In this document: one piece after another, positions 1-7,277 of the stretch | How the letters are laid out: every line of letters begins with the position of its first letter | Numbering within the stretch: the first letter of the stretch is position 1 | IMG/VR virus record: IMGVR_UViG_3300021400_001316 | Location: 1 to 15,741 of that record | Source: a virus | Direction: 5' to 3' (one strand) | Length of the DNA: 15,741 nucleotides | Program-made: the position numbers and the translations under genes | The notes under the pieces: model-generated | Databases searched by the model: none | Seen by the model: the letters and a program-made list of their open reading frames with translations, nothing else | Told to the model about the DNA's origin: nothing

Positions 1-86
1 CTATATGGATTTAGTCCAACTATTGCAGAGGCATCCGAGCCACCTATTCCAGTTTTTCTTTCTTCTAACCATTCTTCTCTAGTCAT
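1..86 (-). CDS. YqaJ-like viral recombinase/exonuclease, N-terminal fragment (runs off the window)
   Basis: Manual translation from ATG at 84-86: MTREEWLEERKTGIGGSDASAIVGLNPY..., resembling the (R)xxGIGGSDxxAIxGLxPY N-terminus of YqaJ-family phage recombinases; RBS-like AAAGG upstream. Confidence 0.7.
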   Translation of the reverse strand, partial: MTREEWLEERKTGIGGSDASAIVGLNPY

Positions 87-88
87 TT

Positions 89-262
89 TTACCAACCTTT
101 CATATCTGATTTTTTGTGTGGTTTCATACTCATTGAAACTTCAATTCTTTTTGGTATTACTACTTTATAATTGCAATCATCACAACATCTGCCATCATTT
201 ACTGGTCTAGCATTGTTGCCATAACCTTTGTATTTTTTTCCACAAATACTGCATGTTTCCAT
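89..262 (-). CDS. Small phage zinc-binding protein
   Basis: Manual translation: METCSICGKKYKGYGNNARPVNDGRCCDDCNYKVVIPKRIEVSMSMKPHKKSDMKGW (57 aa), with CxxC...CCxxC cysteine pairs; stop is adjacent to the next gene start. Confidence 0.75.
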   Translation of the reverse strand: METCSICGKKYKGYGNNARPVNDGRCCDDCNYKVVIPKRIEVSMSMKPHKKSDMKGW

Positions 263-267
263 TTTAT

Positions 268-462
268 CTACCTCTCTTCAAATTTCTTTCCTTTGCACCA
301 CATATAATCTTCTGTAGGACAAAATTCATCATATACTAGGGCAAAATCTTCGTGTTCATCGCAATACATATCTCCAGCTTCTTGATACATACAATTTATG
401 CAATTCTCACAGGTTTTTACTGTACTTCTTTTATATCGTTTTCGTTGTACTGGCTTTCCCAA
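268..462 (-). CDS. Small cysteine-rich hypothetical phage protein
   Basis: ORF of 64 aa with CENCINC and further Cys residues; tightly packed in the early-gene operon. Confidence 0.6.
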   Translation of the reverse strand: MGKPVQRKRYKRSTVKTCENCINCMYQEAGDMYCDEHEDFALVYDEFCPTEDYMWCKGKKFEER

Positions 463-546
463 AATTTTCTCCTTTCTATTGCACCAAATTTACTTTTATG
501 ATAAAATGCAAATAAAGTGAATTTATATAAATTTTCTTTATAAAAA

Positions 547-840
547 CTATCTATGGCTTTGGTCGGTTGTAGGTAGTTTTATTACTTTTGCTTTTTCTTT
601 TTGGTAAAATCCATCTATTTCATCAATAAGTAATTCATATCTTGTATCTGTACATAGTTCTGAAATTTTTCTTCTTTTTACTGATGGATCCCCATAATCG
701 TTTGACTCATTTAAGTTTCTAATTCTTAATAAAATATCTGCCAAACTAAATTTAATATCCTTAATTTCCTTATCTTTTGCAGCAATTGTTTCTTCTAATT
801 GCTTAATTTTTTGAGCTTCCTCTGTGTGTTTTCCTATCAT
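547..840 (-). CDS. Hypothetical phage early protein (coiled-coil rich)
   Basis: Internal ATG start (MIGKHTEEAQKIKQLEETIAAKDKEIKDI...) preceded by AAAAGGAGGG; the longer ORF start at 915 is probably spurious. Confidence 0.6.
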   Translation of the reverse strand: MIGKHTEEAQKIKQLEETIAAKDKEIKDIKFSLADILLRIRNLNESNDYGDPSVKRRKISELCTDTRYELLIDEIDGFYQKEKAKVIKLPTTDQSHR

Positions 841-924
841 TTTATTTTCCCTCCTTTTAATTCTCTTAATAGGTATTTCATTTTTGCTAATGTTACAATG
901 TGCCATATATAACACTTATGTAAT

Positions 925-1149
925 TTATCTTCTGGCATGTGCTTTTACCTCTCTTTCCTCTAGAATTGTTTCAATAACTAATATTGCTATTAATCCTAAA
1001 ACTGGAACTAGGTATTCTCCTCCAAATCCTTTGTAACCTCTCCATGCATCTGCATAAGAAATTGCTTTTGGTGTAATAATAATTGTACCTACTATAATAA
1101 GTAACTCAATTATCCTTGAAATAAACTTTCCTTTGTTTACAACTTTCAT
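925..1149 (-). CDS. Small predicted membrane protein
   Basis: 74 aa with two hydrophobic segments (IIELLIIVGTIIIT; YLVPVLGLIAILVI). Confidence 0.55.
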   Translation of the reverse strand: MKVVNKGKFISRIIELLIIVGTIIITPKAISYADAWRGYKGFGGEYLVPVLGLIAILVIETILEEREVKAHARR

Positions 1150-1150
1150 T

Positions 1151-1393
1151 TTATTTTCCTCCCTCTAAAACTTTCTTAAGTAAATCCAATGTTGTTTCTG
1201 CCTTAATCCTTGCAGCCTGTTCTTTCTCGAACATTTCTCTAGGAACAGTGTTTTTACTGCCAACTTTAATTTTGTACCTTGTACCTGTTCTGATGTATTC
1301 GACTTCATGATTTGCTATCATTTGTAAGACTGTGTTATGTCCTAAATTAAATCGTTTTTCATATTGATTTAGGCTTATCCACTGCTCATCCAA
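1151..1393 (-). CDS. Excisionase/HTH_17-like DNA-binding protein
   Basis: ORF 1151..1417; ISLNQYEKRFNLGHNTVLQMIANHEVEYIRTGTRYKIK resembles the excisionase-family wHTH. An AAGGAGGG RBS precedes an internal TTG at 1393; the ATG at 1417 overlaps an operator-like palindrome. Confidence 0.65.
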   Translation of the reverse strand: MDEQWISLNQYEKRFNLGHNTVLQMIANHEVEYIRTGTRYKIKVGSKNTVPREMFEKEQAARIKAETTLDLLKKVLEGGK

Positions 1394-1411
1394 AATTCTC
1401 CCTCCTTTCTT

Positions 1412-1427
1412 GGTCATTTTTTTGACC
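1412..1427. promoter_or_regulatory. Operator-like palindrome, copy 1
   Basis: GGTCA-N6-TGACC (GGTCATTTTTTTGACC) directly upstream of the excisionase-like gene start. Confidence 0.6.
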
Positions 1428-1429
1428 GT

Positions 1430-1645
1430 TTAAGGTAAAAAAATATAGTTTTTGTAATTAAGGTGTTTCTTTTCGCAATAAGCTACTAGATGATTGATTA
1501 CTTTAGTGCTGTCATCTTTTTGCTTACCATTTAATATCATAGTTAGGTAGCTTCTATTTACACCAATCTCATCAGCAAACCATGTTGTATTACCCCTGTA
1601 TTGTGACTCAATTAGCTTGTTTATTGCTTCAATATTTAACCTCAT
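1430..1645 (-). CDS. Cro-like HTH regulator
   Basis: 71 aa: NTTWFADEIGVNRSYLTMILNGKQ helix-turn-helix; divergent from the S24 repressor; RBS AAAGGAAGAGG. Confidence 0.7.
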   Translation of the reverse strand: MRLNIEAINKLIESQYRGNTTWFADEIGVNRSYLTMILNGKQKDDSTKVINHLVAYCEKKHLNYKNYIFLP

Positions 1646-1675
1646 TTTTTGCCTCTTCCTTTCTTATATTTTCTT

Positions 1676-1691
1676 GGTCATTTTTTTGACC
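1676..1691. promoter_or_regulatory. Operator-like palindrome, copy 2
   Basis: Identical GGTCATTTTTTTGACC upstream of the Cro-like gene. Confidence 0.65.
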
Positions 1692-1697
1692 AAATTC

Positions 1698-1726
1698 ATT
1701 TTATTATATTAAATAAAAAAAGTCAA
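1698..1726 (-). promoter_or_regulatory. Divergent promoter for the Cro-like/early operon
   Basis: Minus-strand TTGACT (1726-1721) - 17 bp - TAAAAT (1703-1698). Confidence 0.6.
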
Positions 1727-1758
1727 CACTTTTTGTTAAAAATTTTCAACTTTTTTTG

Positions 1759-1787
1759 TTGACTTTTTTGAACGCTTGTTGTACAAT
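1759..1787 (+). promoter_or_regulatory. Promoter for the CI-like repressor
   Basis: TTGACT (1759-1764) - 17 bp - TACAAT (1782-1787). Confidence 0.7.
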
Positions 1788-1806
1788 AGTTTTGGGAGGT
1801 TTTATT

Positions 1807-2463
1807 ATGTTTGATAAAAATAAATTTGCGAAGATTTTAAAAGAAATATATGAAACCTTTGACACTCAAAGAGAGTTTTCTTCTAAAGTTGGTGTTAGTA
1901 GAGGTTATCTATCAGAATATATGAATATGAAAAAAGAAAAACCACCATCTCCCAAAATACTTGATAGCATTGCTACAAATTCCAAAGGCATGACTAATTA
2001 TAGAGAGCTAATGCAAGTATGTGGATATACTGATTATTTGACAGATGATTTTTTTGATGACAATGTTGCTAATAAAAATAATAAAATTCCGGTTGTTATT
2101 AGAATTAATTATAATAAAGAAAATAATTCTTTTATAACTGATCCAGCACAAGAATATATATATGCTAATTTCAAGTTAGAAAAGAACAAAGAATATATTG
2201 CTTTTATCGCTAGAGATGACTCAATGTTGCCACTTTTAGGAACAGAGGATACTGCAATAATTGAAAAGTGTTCTAATATAAAAAATAATAAAATCTATTT
2301 ATTGATTAATGATGATAAATTACTTATTAGGAAAATTCTAATATTAGATAACAATGAATACGAATTAGAACCATTAAACCCATACTTTCCGAAAGAAAAA
2401 GCTACAGATTTACACATTATAGGTAAAGTTATTAGAGTTGAAATGAAATCAGCATTTTTATAA
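1807..2463 (+). CDS. CI-like phage repressor (HTH + S24/LexA-like peptidase domain)
   Basis: ORF 1756..2463; start MFDKNKFAKILKEIYETFDTQREFSSKVGVSRGYLSEY... (HTH) at 1807 with a GGGAGG RBS; C-terminal YIAFIARDDSMLPLLGTEDTAIIEK...KIYLLINDDKLLIRKI is an S24-like signature. Confidence 0.85.
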   Translation: MFDKNKFAKILKEIYETFDTQREFSSKVGVSRGYLSEYMNMKKEKPPSPKILDSIATNSKGMTNYRELMQVCGYTDYLTDDFFDDNVANKNNKIPVVIRINYNKENNSFITDPAQEYIYANFKLEKNKEYIAFIARDDSMLPLLGTEDTAIIEKCSNIKNNKIYLLINDDKLLIRKILILDNNEYELEPLNPYFPKEKATDLHIIGKVIRVEMKSAFL

Positions 2464-2490
2464 TATATATTTTTAGAAAGGAGAATTATT

Positions 2491-2754
2491 ATGAAATATT
2501 GTGAACATTGTGGAAATCAAATTGAGAACGACAATGCAATCGTATGTCCTACATGTGGAGAACCTACAAAGAGTTATAATCAACAATCTGATAAAAACAT
2601 AATAATAAATAATTCTGCTTCAGCAGCAGCATCTTCTACTGGTCCTACAAAACAGAAAAAACATTATAATTTTTTATTAGATTTAATTTTAATACTTTGT
2701 ACTGGTGGTCTTTGGATAATATGGATGTTAATTAGACCTAAATACGAATATTAA
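2491..2754 (+). CDS. Zinc-ribbon membrane protein
   Basis: MKYCEHCGNQIENDNAIVCPTCGEP N-terminal zinc ribbon followed by a hydrophobic C-terminal segment (FLLDLILILCTGGLWIIWMLI). Confidence 0.65.
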   Translation: MKYCEHCGNQIENDNAIVCPTCGEPTKSYNQQSDKNIIINNSASAAASSTGPTKQKKHYNFLLDLILILCTGGLWIIWMLIRPKYEY

Positions 2755-2757
2755 AAA

Positions 2758-2801
2758 ATAGTTAGAGCCTAAACCCCTCATAATGATTTAGCTCTAACTA
2801 T
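2758..2801. terminator. Hairpin after the zinc-ribbon gene
   Basis: 11-bp inverted repeat ATAGTTAGAGC (2758-2768) / GCTCTAACTAT (2791-2801), with additional TAAA/TTTA pairing inside. Confidence 0.5.
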
Positions 2802-2907
2802 CCCTTTAATTCAGAAAACTAAAGAATCTATAGTAAGTGTACAAAAGATAAAACACTTACACGACTATTTGTATTATATATGAATAGTCATTTATTTGCA
2901 AGTGTTT

Positions 2908-2923
2908 GGTCAAAAAAATGTGC
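2908..2923. promoter_or_regulatory. Operator-like element, copy 3 (reverse orientation, 14/16 match)
   Basis: GGTCAAAAAAATGTGC versus GGTCAAAAAAATGACC, just upstream of the integrase start. Confidence 0.5.
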
Positions 2924-2940
2924 ATTGGAGGTAGAATAAA

Positions 2941-4090
2941 TTGGCAAGAAAGACTAATTTCAATGTAAATGGCTATAATTATTATAAAGTAACTAAAACA
3001 ATAGGTCATAAAGAAAACAGAGAACCTATTAAGAAAGTTTTTTATGGATCTAGTAAATCAGAAGCGGAACAAAAAGCAATAGATTATATCCAAAATCTAA
3101 AATTAGGATTACAGTTTAATGATTATATAACTATTACAGATTTATTCCCTAAATGGTTATTTGAGCATAAAAAACATGAATTAAAACCATCTACATTTGA
3201 AAGTTATGAGGGCTTATATAGAAATTACATTGAGCCAGATGATATTTCAACTCAACCAATTAAAGATTTAAAATCAATAAATATTCAGAACTTTTATGAT
3301 AGGTTGATGAAATTAAAATTAAAACATACAGAAAAACCAATGACTCCATATAGAGTGAAAGCTATTCATAAATTGCTGCATTTGTTTTTTGTGTATTGTG
3401 AAAAAGATGGTTATACAATAAAAAATCCTTGCAATAATGTAACTTTACCCAAAGATAATAAAAAGGATTTAGAAATATTAGAACGAAAAAACAAAATTGA
3501 TTTTTTTACAGAAGAGGAAATAAAAATACTGATTCCAGCCTTTGATGGTAGCCATTATCAAGACATAGTTATTTTTGCACTCGCAACAGGAATGAGGCAA
3601 GGCGAAATTCTAGGATTACAATGGACAGATTTAGATTTTGATAATAGACTTATTCATATAATTCATAATTTAAGTAATTCAGCAGACTTTGATGAGAAAA
3701 AGAAAAGAAGTTATAGTTTGAAACTCCAATCGCCAAAAAGTAAGAACTCTATCAGAACTATACCAATGAATGATACTGTTTATAATATGCTAATAAATAA
3801 AGAACGAACAAATACAATGGTTTTTCCTCGGTAGAGATAACACATATATAAATAGCAAGAATTTATTGAAACAATGGCAAAGAAGATTAAAAAATGCTGG
3901 ATTAAGATATAGAAAATTCCATGATTTGCGACATACTTTTGCAACTCAATTACTAATGCATGGAACAGATTTAATTACAATTAAGAACTTACTAGGTCAT
4001 TCATCAATTAAAATTACGGAAATATATTTAGATAGTTTACCAGAAAAAAAGGCAAATTCTACAAAACTAATGGATTCTATTCTAAACTAA
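2941..4090 (+). CDS. int: Tyrosine recombinase (phage integrase), whole only with a +1 frameshift at CGG 3829-3831
   Basis: ORF 2941..3834 (AP2-like and SAM-like N-terminus, ...[22 protein letters not shown]) joins ORF 3866..4090 (...[39 protein letters not shown]). Skipping C3829 gives ...[44 protein letters not shown]..., 382 aa. Length minus 1 is a multiple of 3. Confidence 0.9.
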
Positions 4091-4111
4091 GTAGATAAAA
4101 AGTAGATAAAT
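4085..4111 (+). repeat. Integrase-proximal direct repeat, copy 1
   Basis: AACTaAGTAGATAAAAAGTAGATAAAT, 26/27 identical to 4304-4330; each copy also contains an internal AGTAGATAAA duplication. Confidence 0.65.
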
Positions 4112-4116
4112 AAGAA

Positions 4117-4155
4117 AATAGCAAGGTGCTACAAATCTCTGTAACCCTTGCTATT
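4117..4155. repeat. 10-bp inverted repeat downstream of int (terminator or att-proximal structure)
   Basis: AATAGCAAGG (4117-4126) / CCTTGCTATT (4146-4155), 19-nt loop. Confidence 0.5.
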
Positions 4156-4303
4156 ACTGCATTTATTATTCTAATATATCGGCAACTACACCGCTTCCAA
4201 CTGTTTTGTTTTTAATCAAATCCGTTTGTCGCAGTTTGCTTAAAATAGCATAAATTCAACACTTTTTATCTGTAATTTTGTTCAGTTTTATTCAGTTATT
4301 TCC

Positions 4304-4330
4304 AACTTAGTAGATAAAAAGTAGATAAAT
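4304..4330 (+). repeat. Integrase-proximal direct repeat, copy 2
   Basis: AACTtAGTAGATAAAAAGTAGATAAAT, 219 bp downstream of copy 1. Confidence 0.65.
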
Positions 4331-4331
4331 C

Positions 4332-4475
4332 CTATTTTTTATCTATTTTTTGATAGCAATCAATATAAGCCATCCTATATATCTCATGAATGAGATTTTT
4401 GTTAATCATAATTAGCAATTTATATCTTAATGGTTGTTTCTTCATGAGTCTTTGTGTCAATTCTTTTTCTTCCAT
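4332..4475 (-). CDS. Small hypothetical protein (47 aa)
   Basis: Manual translation: MEEKELTQRLMKKQPLRYKLLIMINKNLIHEIYRMAYIDCYQKIDKK; consensus-like AGGAGGT RBS upstream of ATG 4473-4475. Confidence 0.5.
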   Translation of the reverse strand: MEEKELTQRLMKKQPLRYKLLIMINKNLIHEIYRMAYIDCYQKIDKK

Positions 4476-4581
4476 TAATATTACCTCCTTTTAAAAGTCG
4501 GAGAATATTCTCTTGCTAATTATATTATACCATATTATGTAAATATTTTTAACCCCTCTAGACTTTATATAAAGTATGTTT

Positions 4582-4743
4582 TCACTTTATATCATTTTCT
4601 AAATCATTTATAATATTCAATTCTTTGTCTAGATTTGCTTTTATAACATCTTCTTTTAATTTTTTTAATGTGTTTCCGCAACCAGTATAATTACCATCTT
4701 GTAATTTTTCTAGTGCTTCATCAATGAGTGATAGAACTTGCAT
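4582..4743 (-). CDS. Small hypothetical protein (53 aa)
   Basis: Manual translation: MQVLSLIDEALEKLQDGNYTGCGNTLKKLKEDVIKANLDKELNIINDLENDIK; GGAGG RBS 7 nt upstream. Confidence 0.5.
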   Translation of the reverse strand: MQVLSLIDEALEKLQDGNYTGCGNTLKKLKEDVIKANLDKELNIINDLENDIK

Positions 4744-4902
4744 TCGTAAGCCTCCAATCATTTTTTATTTATTCATATTTTAGCACAATTATTATAACCC
4801 TGCAATATATACACCCAACTTTATATAAAACACAGTATAGTTAAAATAAATTTTACTTCATTCTATAATATATATAGTTGCAATTATAGAAAGGAGGCTA
4901 AT

Positions 4903-5146
4903 ATGATACATCTAAAAATCGAAGAATATCTAAAAGAAAATGGAAAATCACTTTATTGGTTAACTGTACAAACTGGAAGAAGTTATCAGTCTCTAAAAAA
5001 TTTAACCAAGAAAGATTTATATGGCATACATTTTGATACTCTTGAAATGTTATGCAGAGCTTTTGGTTGTACTCCTCGGAGAACTACTAGAAATGATAGA
5101 TGAAAAGGAGAGTGGAAAGCATGAGCAAAATTCTGAAGCAGTATAA
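4903..5146 (+). CDS. Small Cro/CI-type HTH regulator, canonical C-terminus only with a +1 frameshift at CGG 5077-5079
   Basis: ORF 4903..5103 reads MIHLKIEEYLKENGKSLYWLTVQTGRSYQSLKNLTKKDLYGIHFDTLEMLCRAFGCTP-RRTTRNDR*. Skipping C5077 gives ...CRAFGCTP-GELLEMIDEKESGKHEQNSEAV*, matching the family-typical CTPGELLE ending (80 aa). Confidence 0.8.
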
Positions 5147-5522
5147 TGAATTAAAAGAAAAAGATGCATCCTCAATTTATATTTTTAGAATCGGCATATT
5201 CTATAATATTTTGAATGAAGATGCAAAAATTATAAATGAGAAATTAGGATTAAAAATCACATCGTTAAGCCCTGAAATTATAAAATGTGGATTTCCTATA
5301 TCCTCTTTAGAAAAATATACTAGAAAATTAGATAATTTGCAACTACAATACAAAGTGATAGATGATCTACCACAAAATACTAATATTGTTGATTATACAA
5401 ATAATGTTGAGATTAAAAAAATATTAAAAAAAATTACTGAACTTGACATGAACAATACAACTTTTCAACAATCATTTAACATTTTATTAGATATTCAGAA
5501 CAAATTGAAAAAAATACCGTAA
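5121..5522 (+). CDS. MutS domain I-like small protein
   Basis: Start at ATG 5121 with an AAAGGAGA RBS; MSKILKQYNELKEKDASSIYIFRIGIFYNILNEDAKIINEKLGLKIT...KCGFPISSLEKYTRKLDNLQLQYKVID follows the MutS N-terminal pattern (QY..LKxxxPDxilxFRxGDFYExxxEDA...aGFPxhaLexYlxkLvxxGykVai). Confidence 0.7.
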   Translation: MSKILKQYNELKEKDASSIYIFRIGIFYNILNEDAKIINEKLGLKITSLSPEIIKCGFPISSLEKYTRKLDNLQLQYKVIDDLPQNTNIVDYTNNVEIKKILKKITELDMNNTTFQQSFNILLDIQNKLKKIP

Positions 5523-5539
5523 TTTTTTTACGGCATAAT

Positions 5540-5580
5540 AACAATACCAGAAGTTTTTTATATTTTCTTCTGGTATTGTT
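5540..5580. terminator. Strong hairpin between convergent genes (bidirectional terminator candidate)
   Basis: Perfect 14-bp inverted repeat AACAATACCAGAAG (5540-5553) / CTTCTGGTATTGTT (5567-5580), 13-nt loop. Confidence 0.75.
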
Positions 5581-5639
5581 GAAAATCAACCCATGAGAAT
5601 TGATTTTAAGCCGTTTTTATTTTTTATTCAATAACTTAC

Positions 5640-7277
5640 CTATTTAAAGGCTTGAACCTTACAATAAGCATATCTACCAGTTTTAGGCACATATATATAA
5701 TCTATGCTATTTGAATAGTGAGAAATTACTTTTATTTGTGTTTTTGCAAGGTAATAATAGGTCGTTCCACCTAAATTTCCATTTTTATATAATGTAGTAT
5801 TATATTTTAATCTATAATAACTTCCAACACTTGTACTATAATTTGCTGATGTTGAATTTGAACTTGAGGTATTTACATATTTTGCACATACCCATAAATT
5901 TGTTCCTATTCTGTACCAGCCATTTCTACTTTCATATATATAAACATTGTTTCCATTATATAGACTCTTTACATATCTGTAATTTGTTCCTGGTCCAGTT
6001 CTAACATTTAATGATGTATTTACTCTTACTGTACCACTTGTTGGCATTGCAGATGTTGTTGTAGTAATTGTTGTTGATGGTTGTGCACTTGATAAATAAC
6101 CTGTGCTTACCCAACCATTCATTGGGCTTGTAATTCTACTCCATGCTCCATCTGTTTCTACAACAGTTACCGCAGTTCCCTTGGCCAATGAACCTATTAC
6201 AGTTCCCCAAGCTCCAGTTCTTACATTTAAGTTTGAGCTTTGAGTTGCTACATACCTTGTATAATTTACTGATGTTGTGTTATCTGTATTTGTATTTTTA
6301 TTTGTATTTCCATTTCCTTTATCATTTGAAAATATCCAGAAATATCTATAATTTGCATAATTCCTAAATGAGCTCTCGCTTACATAGGCACTATTACCAC
6401 TTACAACCACACCAGCATTTCTTCTTGATGCAGTATTGAATTTTCCAGAATATAAATATGGATCATATACAGTTATTGTTCCCCCATTATTTGCAACCAA
6501 TGCAATATAATGTCCTCCAGAAGTGAAAAGTCCACTTCCACATGAACATACAATATAATAATCTGAATTTCCATCTTTGTCATTATCTGTTTTCAGATAA
6601 TTCATAGCAGTATCGAAATTAGATGTTGTATAATATTCATTAAAATCAAAGTAATCAGCTACGAATGGAAAATATGCCCATGCTGTACCATTATTAGATG
6701 TTCTATATCCGTTTGCTACTGCTAAATTTGCCATTGTAGTAGGTAATATTGCACCTTTTGAGCTACTAACCACAATAGCTGCTGAAGTAGGTCCACATGC
6801 ACTAGATTTCATTGTTTGTGAACTATCTCCTATGCTAGAATACATTACACTAGCCCATCTACTATCAGCTTGTGAGTAATATGTTAATCCTTGATATGCA
6901 CCTAAAAGAGATAGCCCATCTCCTGTGCTATCTCCATTATAACTAATATTTTCTTGCTCTATTACTGCATCGGTTTCTAATGCACCCTCATCAGTAATGT
7001 CAACTTCTTCTTCTTCTGAACCCTCAATTATTTCTGTTGTAGAAATATCTTCTCCATTATCGACTTTCTCAATTGTTTCTTCTACAATTTCTTGAGTTTC
7101 ATTTGTAATTATAACATTCTGTTTTTCTTTTTCTTGCTCAATTTCTATTTGTTCAGTTACAATGTTCTGAACATCTTTTATAGTGTTGTTTATTTCTGAA
7201 TTTGGTAAATATATACCACAAAGAACACCAGCTACTGCAATTATACAAGCTAATGCTATTAAAATTTTCTTTTTCAT
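5640..7277 (-). CDS. Phage lysin: N-terminal membrane/signal segment, C39-like cysteine peptidase, two bacterial SH3 domains
   Basis: MKKKILIALACIIAVAGVLCGIYL hydrophobic N-terminus; YYSQADSRWASVMY...SSACGPTSAAIVVSS and GGHYIALVANNGGTITVYDPY (Cys/His catalytic motifs); SSNLNVRTGAWG... and TSLNVRTGPGTNYRYVKSLYNGNNVYIY... SH3 repeats. Confidence 0.85.
   Translation of the reverse strand: MKKKILIALACIIAVAGVLCGIYLPNSEINNTIKDVQNIVTEQIEIEQEKEKQNVIITNETQEIVEETIEKVDNGEDISTTEIIEGSEEEEVDITDEGALETDAVIEQENISYNGDSTGDGLSLLGAYQGLTYYSQADSRWASVMYSSIGDSSQTMKSSACGPTSAAIVVSSSKGAILPTTMANLAVANGYRTSNNGTAWAYFPFVADYFDFNEYYTTSNFDTAMNYLKTDNDKDGNSDYYIVCSCGSGLFTSGGHYIALVANNGGTITVYDPYLYSGKFNTASRRNAGVVVSGNSAYVSESSFRNYANYRYFWIFSNDKGNGNTNKNTNTDNTTSVNYTRYVATQSSNLNVRTGAWGTVIGSLAKGTAVTVVETDGAWSRITSPMNGWVSTGYLSSAQPSTTITTTTSAMPTSGTVRVNTSLNVRTGPGTNYRYVKSLYNGNNVYIYESRNGWYRIGTNLWVCAKYVNTSSSNSTSANYSTSVGSYYRLKYNTTLYKNGNLGGTTYYYLAKTQIKVISHYSNSIDYIYVPKTGRYAYCKVQAFK

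Noticed and set aside
824-1036. Plus-strand ORF 824..1036
   Set aside because: Antisense to the early-operon genes 547..840 and 925..1149, hydrophobic artefact of AT-rich sequence, no RBS support.
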